Assembly (NCBI GenBank): GCA_949372825.1
Contig: CASIBD010000001.1
Span: 22,249-86,248 of the forward strand
Direction: 5' to 3'
Origin: an uncultured Flavobacteriaceae bacterium
GTDB taxonomy: Bacteria > Bacteroidota > Bacteroidia > Flavobacteriales > Flavobacteriaceae
Length of the DNA stretch: 64,000 nucleotides
Shown: piece after piece, positions 10,090-19,387 of the stretch
Layout of the letters: every line of letters starts with the position of its first letter
Position numbering within the stretch: the first letter of the stretch is position 1
Translations under genes and position numbers: made by a program
The notes under the pieces: model-generated
What the model saw: the letters and a program-made list of their open reading frames with translations, nothing else
What the model was told of the DNA's origin: nothing
Database searches by the model: none

Positions 10090-10638
10090 CTAGTATATTG
10101 CTTTGACGTGCATGATTTCAAGTTTGAAATCTCCATCTTGTTTGTCTGAAATTTGAAAACTTAATGAACTTATGTTTTCAATTTCTAATTTTTTGGCATT
10201 TCTAGAATAATAGCCCATAAACATGGGGTTTAAATCTGAAACTAAAATTTCAATATTTGTCCAGATTCCTGATTTAGTATCAAAATCTATTGAGTAGTTT
10301 GAAGACCTGTAGCTTTCTCTTAATCTAAACTTATATTTTTTACCATCTCCTTTAAACCTAATTTGAAATGCTTTAATATTTTTTAATTTACCTTTTCCAA
10401 AACCTAATCTGCTTGAGGCAAATCCGCCATTATTTTTTAAAGACACATTACCAAAAAACATTAAATTATTTTCATCAGTTATATAAAGATCAGAACTAGA
10501 AATTCCACCCATAACATTATCGTTTACTATACTCCAATTGTCTATTCCTATTTCTTTAACAGGGTTAATAATATCGATACTTTGACTAAAAATTAATGAT
10601 GAAACAAACATTAATAACATTGAATTATAGATTTTCAT
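10090..10638 (-). CDS. CIA30-family (complex I intermediate-associated protein 30-like) secreted protein
   Basis: Signal peptide plus W.IVNDNVMGGISSS, a motif typical of CIA30 domains. 182 aa. Confidence 0.65.
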   Translation of the reverse strand: MKIYNSMLLMFVSSLIFSQSIDIINPVKEIGIDNWSIVNDNVMGGISSSDLYITDENNLMFFGNVSLKNNGGFASSRLGFGKGKLKNIKAFQIRFKGDGKKYKFRLRESYRSSNYSIDFDTKSGIWTNIEILVSDLNPMFMGYYSRNAKKLEIENISSLSFQISDKQDGDFKLEIMHVKAIY

Positions 10639-10747
10639 TTTAATTATTTTTTGTAATTAATTATTATATAAACAAACATCATACCTAAACATTAAACTTG
10701 TTTTCTGTATTCTTACCATTAGTTCATTAACTTTTTTATATTTAAGC

Positions 10748-10885
10748 ATGGATAGTGAAAAGAAGTCTAAAAAGAATAGTAAAGTTAATCTTGGAGGATC
10801 TTATAAATTTAAAGTAGCAGCAAAATACAAGAAGCCTAAAACTAGAGGTGATAAAAATTATAATAAAAGAAATAAAAAAAAGTAA
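10748..10885 (+). CDS. Possible small, highly basic protein (45 aa, about 40% Lys/Arg)
   Basis: ATG..TAA ORF below the track cutoff, in the divergent intergenic region: MDSEKKSKKNSKVNLGGSYKFKVAAKYKKPKTRGDKNYNKRNKKK. No homology recognised. AT-rich DNA readily yields Lys-rich ORFs. Confidence 0.2.
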   Translation: MDSEKKSKKNSKVNLGGSYKFKVAAKYKKPKTRGDKNYNKRNKKK

Positions 10886-10910
10886 AGACAATGTTAAATA
10901 TATTTAAATC

Positions 10911-12094
10911 ATGAAAAAACTGTATTTATTATTATTAATAATCTTAATCTCTTGTGATAAGGATGGAGCTGAACAGAACTGGAAAAAAGGTAATTTGCAT
11001 ACTCATTCTTTTTGGAGTGATGGGGATGATTTTCCAGAAATGATAATTGACTGGTATAAAACGAACAATTATCAGTTTATTGCATTATCAGATCACAATA
11101 CAATTGCAGATAATATTTATTGGTACAAACTGAAACAGTCAGATGTTGAAAATAACACCTTAGAAAAATATAAAAAACGGTTTGGAGATTGGGTTGAATC
11201 CAAAAATGATTCTACAGGAATTTATGTAAGACTAAAAACCTTTAACGAGTATAAAGCCAAACTTGAGGATTTAAATTCATTTCTAATTATTAAATCTGAA
11301 GAAGTGACATCATCCTTTGAAAACAAACCAGTTCATATAAATGTAACAAACATACAAGAGAAAATCGATCCATTTAAAGGTAGTTCTGTTTATGAGGTTA
11401 TGCAAAAAACTATTGATGCAGTTAATGCACAAAGAAAAAAGTTTAACATATCCCAATGTTTGCTCATATTAATCATCCAAACTTCGGGTATGGAATTAAT
11501 GTAGAGGATTTAAAAAAACTAAATGGCGAAAGGTTTTTTGAAGTATATAATGGACACCCTGCTGTTCACAACGAAGGAGATGACTTACATATTGATCTTG
11601 AAACTATGTGGGATATAATTAATATTTCATATTACGATAATAACAAACCTTTGTTGCTAGGAATTGCCACTGATGATAGTCATAATTACCATAAAAAATC
11701 TACAAGTCTTAGTAATACTGGTAGAGGCTGGGTTATGGTTAACTCAAAGAAAACAGAAACTTTAAGCTTGATTGAATCAATGGAATCCGGAAACTTTTAT
11801 TCTTCCTCAGGAGTTGAATTAAAAAAAGTAAAACATAATAAAGAAAAACTTGTTGTTGAAATTGAACCAAATAAAGCAGTTAATTATGAAATTATTTTTA
11901 TAGGATATAGAAAAGATGATTCTCAAGTTCAGGTTTTAAAAAGAGTAAAAGGAAATTCAGCTAGTTATATTTTTAAAGAAAATGATCTTTTTGTAAGAGC
12001 AAAAATTAACTCAGATGAAATTAAAATTAACCCATACGTTGAAGGAGAGACAACTCAAGCCTGGACTCAGCCAGTAATTGTTGGAAAGAATTAA
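10911..12094 (+). pseudogene. PHP-domain metal-dependent phosphoesterase, lipoprotein-type leader, frame interrupted once
   Basis: Two overlapping ORFs (10911..11504 and 11456..12094) read as one protein. The N-terminal part has GNLHTHSFWSDGDD...IALSDHN (PHP His/Asp ligands). The second part continues MFAHINHPNFGY. Adding one C to the CCC run at ~11452-11454 joins them as ...KKFNISPMFAHINHPNF... Confidence 0.7.
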
Positions 12095-12109
12095 TTTTTA
12101 ATATTATTC

Positions 12110-13195
12110 ATGAAAAAAATAATTGTTTTTATACTTACTATATCCTTTGTTTCATGTGGAAATAATGATAATTATCAATTATATGCTAAAACCACGTTAG
12201 ATACACTTCAGAATTGGTATGATAAAGAAACAGGCTTGTATGAAACCACAAGTTGGTGGAATGCTGCAAATGCACTCACTGCAATTATAGATTATTCTAA
12301 AATAACAGGTTCAAAAAATTATTTGAATGTTATTGATAATTCCTTCGAGATTTGTAAAGAATTCGAAGTTGAAATGCCGGATACAAATAACAATTGGATA
12401 TGTAAAAACTTTATTAATGATTATTATGACGATGAAGGTTGGTGGATTTTAGCTTGGATTAAGGCTTATGAATTAACAAAGAATGAAAAATATCTTAAAA
12501 TGGCTCGTTTAACATTTGCAGATATGGCTTTAGGATGGGATGAAATATGTGACGGAGGAATATATTGGAAAAAACCTAATATTGGAAAGTCTGCTGTGCA
12601 AAATGAATTATTTATGTTAGCTGCAATTAGATTACATCAAAAAGGTGAGGAGTTAGTTCTTGGGAAAAGTTATATGAAGTGGAGCGAAGACACATACAGA
12701 TGGTTTATTAACTCTGGAATGATTAATGAAAATTACCTTATAGAAAACGGTTTAAATAATAACTGTCAGGTTAATAAGGGTAATTACCATACTTATAATC
12801 AAGGAATAATTTTAAGTGGTTTAGTGGAGCTATATATGGTTAAAAATGATAAATCATTTTTAGATTTAGCCCATAAAATTGCTAGTGCAACCTTAACTAA
12901 TTTAGTATATGATGATGGAATTTTGAAAGATCCTAAAGAACCAAACCTGAATGGAGATGCTTCACAGTTCAAAGGAATTTTCATGAGAAATCTAGGATTT
13001 TTGTATTCAGTATCTCCAAAAGAGGAGTATAAAACATTTATTTTAAATAATGCTAATTCTATATGGTCAATTGCTAGAGACAAAAAAACAAATGAAATTG
13101 GAGTTGTTTGGAATATGTCTCCAGAAATGACCGATGCATCACGTCAAAGTTCAGCTTTAGATGCTTTTAACGCAGCAATGATTGTTAGTGAATAA
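12110..13195 (+). CDS. GH76-like glycoside hydrolase (alpha-1,6-mannanase family), lipoprotein
   Basis: Lipobox (SFVSCG). WWNAANALTAIIDY, DDEGWWILAWIKAYELT and GGIYWKK fit the (alpha/alpha)6 GH76 pattern. Confidence 0.7.
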   Translation: MKKIIVFILTISFVSCGNNDNYQLYAKTTLDTLQNWYDKETGLYETTSWWNAANALTAIIDYSKITGSKNYLNVIDNSFEICKEFEVEMPDTNNNWICKNFINDYYDDEGWWILAWIKAYELTKNEKYLKMARLTFADMALGWDEICDGGIYWKKPNIGKSAVQNELFMLAAIRLHQKGEELVLGKSYMKWSEDTYRWFINSGMINENYLIENGLNNNCQVNKGNYHTYNQGIILSGLVELYMVKNDKSFLDLAHKIASATLTNLVYDDGILKDPKEPNLNGDASQFKGIFMRNLGFLYSVSPKEEYKTFILNNANSIWSIARDKKTNEIGVVWNMSPEMTDASRQSSALDAFNAAMIVSE

Positions 13196-13343
13196 TTAAT
13201 CTACAAACTCAACATTGACTATACATAGTTAATATATTATTGATTTTTCCTCATATAATAATAAAATATTATTCAAAAATCTTGTTAAGTTTTTTTAAAA
13301 AATTAAAATAATTAATTATCGTAAATTTTTTTAAAATACTATT

Positions 13344-14402
13344 ATGAAAAAAACATTCCTTTTCGCATTTGCATTAACAATTTTTTCCTGTTCGGAAGAC
13401 CCCGTTATTCACACCTTGTTTACTTCTTCAAATCCAATAAATGGAGGTTCTGTAAGTCCTACTAAGGCTGAGTTTGAGAATGGTGAATCTGCTGAAATTA
13501 CAGCTTTAGCATCGTCAGAATATGTTTTCCAAAATTGGACAGGTGCTTCAGGATCTGAGGCTACAACGAGTGTAGTAATGGATATGGATAAATTAGTTAC
13601 AGCTAATTTTATAAAAAAGAAATACGCACTAAATACTGAAGTAATTGGTCAGGGGACTGTTACAGAAAAATTGATCAAATCTGGATTGGTATCTAATTAC
13701 AATAGTGGATCAATAATTGAAGTTGAAGCAGTTCCATCTAAAGATTGGAAATTTGTTGAATGGCAAGGTGATATTTCAGGAGCTAAAAATCCTTTTATAA
13801 TTAATTTGACTTCAAATAAATCAATAAAAGCAGTTTTTGAAGAGAAAGATAACGGAGGTGGTGGAAACTCTGGTGGAGGTGGCGGTGATAGTGCCATCCC
13901 GAATACTCCAATTGATTTCGAATCTAATGGTTATGGTGCTAATTGGACTTGGACAGTATTTGAAAACAGTGACAACCCGCCATTAGAAATTGTTTCTAAT
14001 CCTAATTCTTCTGGTATAAATACGTCTTCTAAAGTTGCGAAATTTACTGCTAGAATGTCACCAGATGCTGCCCCTTATGCAGGCTGTGAATCTCAACATG
14101 GATCTGATATTGGTTCTTTTAAATTTGATGCAAACAATAGTATCGTTAAAATAATGGTTTATAAAACTGTAATTAGCGATGTTGGTTTGAAGTTTGTTGA
14201 ATCAGATGGTGAAGCACAACCAGAAGTTAAAGTGGCTAACACCAAAACTAATGAATGGGAAGAGCTAACTTTTGATCTATCAGGAAGTATTGGTAAAGGA
14301 AAGACAGGTATAATTGATCAAATAGTTGTATTTCCTGATTTCAAGGAAAGATCTAGTGATAATATAATTTATTTTGATAATATTTCTTTTGGTAAAAACT
14401 AA
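13344..14402 (+). CDS. Surface lipoprotein: two divergent InlB B-repeat-like domains, Gly-rich linker, C-terminal CBM-like beta-sandwich
   Basis: Lipobox (IFSCSED). Two copies of the ...G.V.P......G....I.A......F..W.G... repeat pattern. NGGGGNSGGGGGDS linker. C-terminal ~170 aa resemble carbohydrate-binding modules. Confidence 0.65.
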   Translation: MKKTFLFAFALTIFSCSEDPVIHTLFTSSNPINGGSVSPTKAEFENGESAEITALASSEYVFQNWTGASGSEATTSVVMDMDKLVTANFIKKKYALNTEVIGQGTVTEKLIKSGLVSNYNSGSIIEVEAVPSKDWKFVEWQGDISGAKNPFIINLTSNKSIKAVFEEKDNGGGGNSGGGGGDSAIPNTPIDFESNGYGANWTWTVFENSDNPPLEIVSNPNSSGINTSSKVAKFTARMSPDAAPYAGCESQHGSDIGSFKFDANNSIVKIMVYKTVISDVGLKFVESDGEAQPEVKVANTKTNEWEELTFDLSGSIGKGKTGIIDQIVVFPDFKERSSDNIIYFDNISFGKN

Positions 14403-14486
14403 TTATTAAATACACTTTATAGTTTAATATTTCTTGACTTTTTTATTTTAACTTAGTAAAAGTTAAAACAATAAATCACTCGATTT

Positions 14487-16112
14487 ATGAGTCAATCTTA
14501 TGATTATATTATAATTGGTGCTGGTTCAGCAGGATGTGTGTTGGCCAATCGTTTATCGAAAAACCCTAACAACTCAGTTTTATTATTAGAAGCAGGCGGA
14601 CCTGACTCTAATATGAATATTCATATTCCAGGAGCATATTTAAAGAATCATAAAAGTAAACATGATTGGGGATTTTGGACTGAAAAGCAGGAGAATATTT
14701 TAAATAGAAAGATATATTTACCTAGAGGTAAAACATTGGGAGGAAGTAGTTCTACAAATGCCATGGCTTATGTAAGAGGAAATGCTGATGATTATGATGG
14801 TTGGGCAGAACTTGGTAATAAAGGTTGGGGATATAAAGATGTTCTACCTTTTTTTAAGAAATCTGAGAACCATAACCAATTTAATAAAGTTAATTCTGAT
14901 TATCACGGAAATTCCGGAGAATTAGACGTCACACTACCAACTAAATTTAAAACTCCTTACGTTGATGGATTTATTTCAGCGTGTGAAAACATTGGTATAC
15001 CCAAAAATGATGATTATAACGGTGTTAATCAAAACGGAGTTAGCTTGGTTCACAGTACCATTAAAAATGGAAAGCGTCATAGTGGAGCAGCAGCATTTTT
15101 AAAACCAGTTTTAAACAGATCCAATTTAACAGCAATTACAAATGCTCAAGTTTATAGAATAATTTTAAAAGATAAAAAAGCAGTAGCAGTAGAATATTCT
15201 AAAGGATCAAGAATTATTAAAATATGTGCTAATAAAGAAATAATACTTTCAGCTGGAGCTTTTCAATCACCACAACTTTTAATGTTGTCTGGTATAGGAG
15301 ATTTTTCAGAATTAAAAAAACACGGAATAGATTGCTTACATGAACTAAAGGGAGTTGGTAAGAATTTACAAGATCACTTATTTTATCCAATATGTGCACA
15401 AACAAAAACACAAAAAGGTATCAATCATTACATATCGCCGTTAAAACAACTTAAGGCAGCCTGGAATTATTTTGTTAATAAAAAAGGAGTTTTTTGTGTA
15501 GGTCCTTTAGAAGGAATGGCTTTTTTTGATCTCAATGACAAGGATGATAAAGTGAATTTTCAATTACACTTTTCACCTATATGTATTGACGACAAATACG
15601 GTTACGATGCTTATGATATATACGATTATCCAAGAGTAGATGGCTTTACTATATTGCCCACTTTATTACATCCTAAGAGTAGGGGAGAAATAAGTCTATC
15701 TTCGTCAAACCCAAAAGATCCGCCTGTTATTCAACCTAATTTTTTTGAGGAAAAAGATGATCTTAATCAACTTGTTAAAGGAGGGAAGTTGGTTTTTAAA
15801 TTAATGGAAGACCAGGCTTTAAAAAATCACACATTAAGAAATAGACTTCCTTTTGATCGATCTTCAAATGAGTCACTCATCCAACATATCAAGAAAACAG
15901 TTGAAACTGTTTACCATCCTGTAGGTACATGTAAAATGGGAGTTGATAGTATGGCTGTAGTTGATCCCATGTTAAAAGTTTATGGAATATCAAACTTAAG
16001 AGTGGTTGACGCCTCAATCATGCCTAAAATTGTTTCTGGTAATACAAATGCACCTGTTTATATGATTGCCGAAAAAGCAGCAGATATGATATTAAATAAT
16101 GCTAGTAAATAA
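14487..16112 (+). CDS. GMC-family FAD oxidoreductase (choline dehydrogenase-like / AA3-like)
   Basis: N-terminal YDYIIIGAGSAGCVLANRLS Rossmann motif, C-terminal HPVGTCKMG and NTNAPVYMIAEKAAD GMC signatures. No signal peptide. Confidence 0.9.
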   Translation: MSQSYDYIIIGAGSAGCVLANRLSKNPNNSVLLLEAGGPDSNMNIHIPGAYLKNHKSKHDWGFWTEKQENILNRKIYLPRGKTLGGSSSTNAMAYVRGNADDYDGWAELGNKGWGYKDVLPFFKKSENHNQFNKVNSDYHGNSGELDVTLPTKFKTPYVDGFISACENIGIPKNDDYNGVNQNGVSLVHSTIKNGKRHSGAAAFLKPVLNRSNLTAITNAQVYRIILKDKKAVAVEYSKGSRIIKICANKEIILSAGAFQSPQLLMLSGIGDFSELKKHGIDCLHELKGVGKNLQDHLFYPICAQTKTQKGINHYISPLKQLKAAWNYFVNKKGVFCVGPLEGMAFFDLNDKDDKVNFQLHFSPICIDDKYGYDAYDIYDYPRVDGFTILPTLLHPKSRGEISLSSSNPKDPPVIQPNFFEEKDDLNQLVKGGKLVFKLMEDQALKNHTLRNRLPFDRSSNESLIQHIKKTVETVYHPVGTCKMGVDSMAVVDPMLKVYGISNLRVVDASIMPKIVSGNTNAPVYMIAEKAADMILNNASK

Positions 16113-17242
16113 TGAGAAAATATTTAATTATTATACTGATTTCAACTTTTTTACTTTCTTGTTCTAAGGATTATCCTGATTCGCCAGAAAAAGAAAATCC
16201 TAATTCTAATGTCTTTTTCTATGGCGCAGATCTTTCCTATGTTAATGAAATGGAAGAATGTGGTGCTGTTTATAAAGATTTTAACGATAACGATAACGAT
16301 CCATACAAAATTTTTGCAGAAGCAGGAACTAACTTAGTACGTATTCGATTGTGGCACAATCCGACTTGGACAAATTATTCGAACATTAATGACGTAAAAA
16401 AATCTATTCAACGTGCTAAGTCTGAAGGAATACAAGTCTTGTTAGATTTTCATTATTCTGATACTTGGGCAGATCCATCTCAACAAGAAATACCATCTGC
16501 TTGGTTAGGTCAAATAAATAATACTAATGTTTTAGGTGATTTACTTTACAATTATACGTTTGATACTTTGAATGACTTAGCTAATTCTGATTTATTACCT
16601 GATATTGTTCAGCTCGGTAATGAAATTAATGCAATGATTTTACAAAAAGGAGAAGTTAAATGGCCTATTGATTGGATTAGAAATTCATCATTAATAAATA
16701 AAGGAATTAAAGCCGTCAGGGATGTTGCTTCTTTAAAAAATAAAAAAATTGATATAATGTTACATATTGCTCAGCCTGAAAATGGACTCTGGTGGTTTGA
16801 GCAAGCAAATGCAGCAGGTGTAACAGATTATGATTGGATTGGTTTATCTTATTACCCTCTTTGGTCTGAGTATGATTTAAACTCTATTAACGCACCTATA
16901 AAAACATTAATAGAAACATATGATAAAAGATTAATGATTGTAGAAACTGCATACCCATTTACATTAGAAAATGTAGATAATGCAAACAATATCTTAAATG
17001 AGGATGCGTTAATTTCAGGTTTTCCAGCTTCACAACAAGGGCAATTAGATTACTTAAATGCTTTAAAAGCAAAAGTATTTGAAAGTGGAGGAGAAGGAGT
17101 TATTTATTGGGAGCCTGCTTGGGTGTCAACGAGTTGTTCTACGCTGTGGGCTTCTGGATCGCATTGGGATAATGCTACTTTATTTGATCATAACAATAAG
17201 TCTAACTTAGGAATGCAGTTTTACAATGCATCAAAAAATTAA
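16112..17242 (+). CDS. GH53 arabinogalactan endo-beta-1,4-galactanase, lipoprotein
   Basis: Lipobox (LLSCSKD). GADLSYVNEME, VRIRLWHNP, DFHYSDTWADPSQQEIPSAW, VQLGNEIN and MIVETAYPF match the GH53 pattern. The start overlaps the GMC stop by 1 nt. Confidence 0.85.
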   Translation: MRKYLIIILISTFLLSCSKDYPDSPEKENPNSNVFFYGADLSYVNEMEECGAVYKDFNDNDNDPYKIFAEAGTNLVRIRLWHNPTWTNYSNINDVKKSIQRAKSEGIQVLLDFHYSDTWADPSQQEIPSAWLGQINNTNVLGDLLYNYTFDTLNDLANSDLLPDIVQLGNEINAMILQKGEVKWPIDWIRNSSLINKGIKAVRDVASLKNKKIDIMLHIAQPENGLWWFEQANAAGVTDYDWIGLSYYPLWSEYDLNSINAPIKTLIETYDKRLMIVETAYPFTLENVDNANNILNEDALISGFPASQQGQLDYLNALKAKVFESGGEGVIYWEPAWVSTSCSTLWASGSHWDNATLFDHNNKSNLGMQFYNASKN

Positions 17243-17245
17243 AAA

Positions 17246-17521
17246 ATGAAAAAGACATTTAGAATTATTAGTTTTTTTGAAGGAATATCCTATTTATTAC
17301 TACTTTTTGTGGCAGTACCAATAAAATATTTTCTTGGAGATGAATTTTATGTGAAAATACTTGGAATGCCTCATGGAATTTTATTTATAGGATATATTGT
17401 TTTAGCGATTTCGATTCGAAAAAAAATGAAATGGAATTTAAAAACTTTTCTTACAGTATTGTTTGCTTCTATAATTCCTTTTGGAACTTTTTATATTGAT
17501 AAAAAATATTTACGAAATTAA
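17246..17521 (+). CDS. DUF3817-family small membrane protein
   Basis: 91 aa, 3 predicted TM helices. Sequence pattern typical of DUF3817. Confidence 0.65.
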   Translation: MKKTFRIISFFEGISYLLLLFVAVPIKYFLGDEFYVKILGMPHGILFIGYIVLAISIRKKMKWNLKTFLTVLFASIIPFGTFYIDKKYLRN

Positions 17522-17545
17522 TTCATAATTAGTAACAAAGCTTAT

Positions 17546-17938
17546 ATGAAATCTTTAGAACAAGAAATTACTGTTTCAGTTGATGATTTAGATGAATTGA
17601 ACCACGTGAATAATGTAGTGTATATTGACTGGGTACAAGACATTGCAAAAAATCACTGGAATAGTCTTGTTTCAAATGAAATAAAAAAAAATTATTATTG
17701 GGTCTTATTAGAACATAAGATAAAATACCTCAGTCCTGCATTTTTAAACGATAGAATTAGACTTAAAACATATATTGAAAAAACAGAGGGAGTTAAATCT
17801 AACAGAATTGTTGAAATATATAATCTAAACTCAAATAAATTACTTGTAAACTCTATAACTACATGGTGTTTGGTTAATGCTAAAACAAATAAACCTAACA
17901 GGATTACTGCTGAAATAAGACAAGCTTTTGGTAAATAG
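17546..17938 (+). CDS. Acyl-CoA thioesterase (4HBT/YbgC-like hotdog fold)
   Basis: 130 aa. The DELNHVNNVVYIDW motif is typical of 4HBT thioesterases. Confidence 0.75.
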   Translation: MKSLEQEITVSVDDLDELNHVNNVVYIDWVQDIAKNHWNSLVSNEIKKNYYWVLLEHKIKYLSPAFLNDRIRLKTYIEKTEGVKSNRIVEIYNLNSNKLLVNSITTWCLVNAKTNKPNRITAEIRQAFGK

Positions 17939-17966
17939 CAAAGAATCGAAAATGAATATTTTGAAA

Positions 17967-19043
17967 CTATTTTGAATAATAAAATTCTTCAAATTCTTGC
18001 TTGTAGATATTTACAAATTCAAAATTTTCTTTAGTAACAATTTCAATAGGCGAAAAGATATTCTTTTTTGGACTAATATTCCTAAGTAAAAATTCTGACA
18101 TATGGATTATCGATTCGTATCCTTGGTTAAAAGATTTTTGAGAAATTATAAAAGTTATTTTATTATTTTTTAAGCATTCAATATTTTTAGGTGTTGTGTC
18201 GTATCCAATAACTTTGAGGTTACGTTGATTGTTTTTGTTTACTAATTTCGAAATTAATCCAACTCTTCCAGATGGAACAAAAATCCCTTTTATTTTTGAG
18301 TTAGACTTAAGTGTGTAATTTATTTTATCAGAAATTGAATCTTTATTTTTTATAGATTTAATTATTACATTAATAGAAGTGCATTCTACTTGTTCGTCTA
18401 GAAAATACCCGTCAAACCCTTTAATTCTGTCAAGTATGGTTTCATTTTTTAAATGAGATGCGATTCTAACTGTTAGAATTTGTGGATTTTCTCCAAGACA
18501 TGTGTGTAAAAGTTTCGCTGCCAAATATCCACTTTTAAAAGAATCTTGACCTACAAACGAAAGATTGTTAAATCCTTTGAGGTTGATATTCAAAAAAATA
18601 TATGGAATTTTTGTTTTGTCAAGTCTTTTAAGAATATTTTTTGTTTGGTTATTGAAAGCGGGAACTATTATAATTCCATTTGGTTTGTCTTTTAAAAGAT
18701 TTTCAAATGAATCCAAATAATTTTTATAGTCTGTTTGCGAATATGTATGATTAATAACATTAAATCCAAACACTTTAATTTCTGAACTCGCCTTTTTTAC
18801 ACCTAAAAAAGGGGATTCCCAAAACATGTCACTATCGTCGTAAGTTGGCATTAGAGTAGCAATTTTATATTCTTTTGTTTTTGCTAATGCACTTGCAACT
18901 GAATTGATTTTAAAATTATTTTTTTTTATTATATCATTAATAATTTTCTCTCTCTTTTCAGAAACACCTCCTCGGTTATGAATAACTCTATCGACAGTTC
19001 CAGTTGAAACTTTTGCTAATTTCGCAATATCACTTATTGTCAT
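17967..19043 (-). CDS. LacI-family transcriptional regulator
   Basis: N-terminal HTH (TISDIAKLAKVSTGTVDRVIHNRGGVS) followed by a periplasmic-binding-protein-like sugar-binding core. 358 aa. Divergent from the giant surface-protein operon. Confidence 0.9.
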   Translation of the reverse strand: MTISDIAKLAKVSTGTVDRVIHNRGGVSEKREKIINDIIKKNNFKINSVASALAKTKEYKIATLMPTYDDSDMFWESPFLGVKKASSEIKVFGFNVINHTYSQTDYKNYLDSFENLLKDKPNGIIIVPAFNNQTKNILKRLDKTKIPYIFLNINLKGFNNLSFVGQDSFKSGYLAAKLLHTCLGENPQILTVRIASHLKNETILDRIKGFDGYFLDEQVECTSINVIIKSIKNKDSISDKINYTLKSNSKIKGIFVPSGRVGLISKLVNKNNQRNLKVIGYDTTPKNIECLKNNKITFIISQKSFNQGYESIIHMSEFLLRNISPKKNIFSPIEIVTKENFEFVNIYKQEFEEFYYSK

Positions 19044-19164
19044 AAACTAAATTGATTACAATATTAACATTTTTTTTTTCAATTTATACTTAATGTGTTC
19101 GGTCACGTTGATTTTAGTACATTAATATTAATTACTGTAAACGCAACTTGTAAATTAAGTTAAA

Positions 19165-19172
19165 TAATTTTG
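19165..19172 (+). promoter_or_regulatory. Candidate Bacteroidota -7 promoter element (TAnnTTTG)
   Basis: TAATTTTG matches the TAnnTTTG -7 consensus of Bacteroidota sigma-A promoters. Located ~215 nt upstream of the 19388 start. I found no convincing -33 TTTG. Confidence 0.3.
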
Positions 19173-19218
19173 TTAGATTATTTATATAGTACTGATTAAT
19201 AGGTTTTTAAAAAAAATG

Positions 19219-19230
19219 TGTGCCCACACT
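19219..19230. promoter_or_regulatory. Candidate operator: inverted repeat GTGTG-CC-CACAC flanked by A9 and T8 tracts
   Basis: GC-rich 12-mer in a 344-bp AT-rich divergent intergenic region. Its reverse complement recurs at 45237..45248, upstream of the second SusC. Confidence 0.45.
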
Positions 19231-19387
19231 TTTTTTTAAAGTAGAATTTTACTAAATTTCAATCTGATTTTTAACAAAAATTTAAGAAAAATATATCTAG
19301 TTGCTAGTATTTATTTAAATTATTTATTATAATATTTTTAATATCAGCTCTTTATATGATTAATAAAAACATCTTATTTAATTAAAT

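Noticed and set aside
14446-14468. 9-bp inverted repeat TTTTAACTT-n5-AAGTTAAAA after the 13344..14402 gene, as a possible terminator
   Set aside because: The stem is almost entirely A/T and there is no downstream T tract. It is indistinguishable from chance symmetry in AT-rich DNA.
19209-19238. A9-TGTGTGCCCACAC-T8 read as a bidirectional rho-independent terminator
   Set aside because: The G/C stem is only 4-5 bp with a minimal loop. The element sits in a divergent promoter region where no transcript needs terminating. The second copy of the core (45237..45248) lacks the A/T tracts. An operator interpretation fits better, though an RNA or roadblock role is not excluded.
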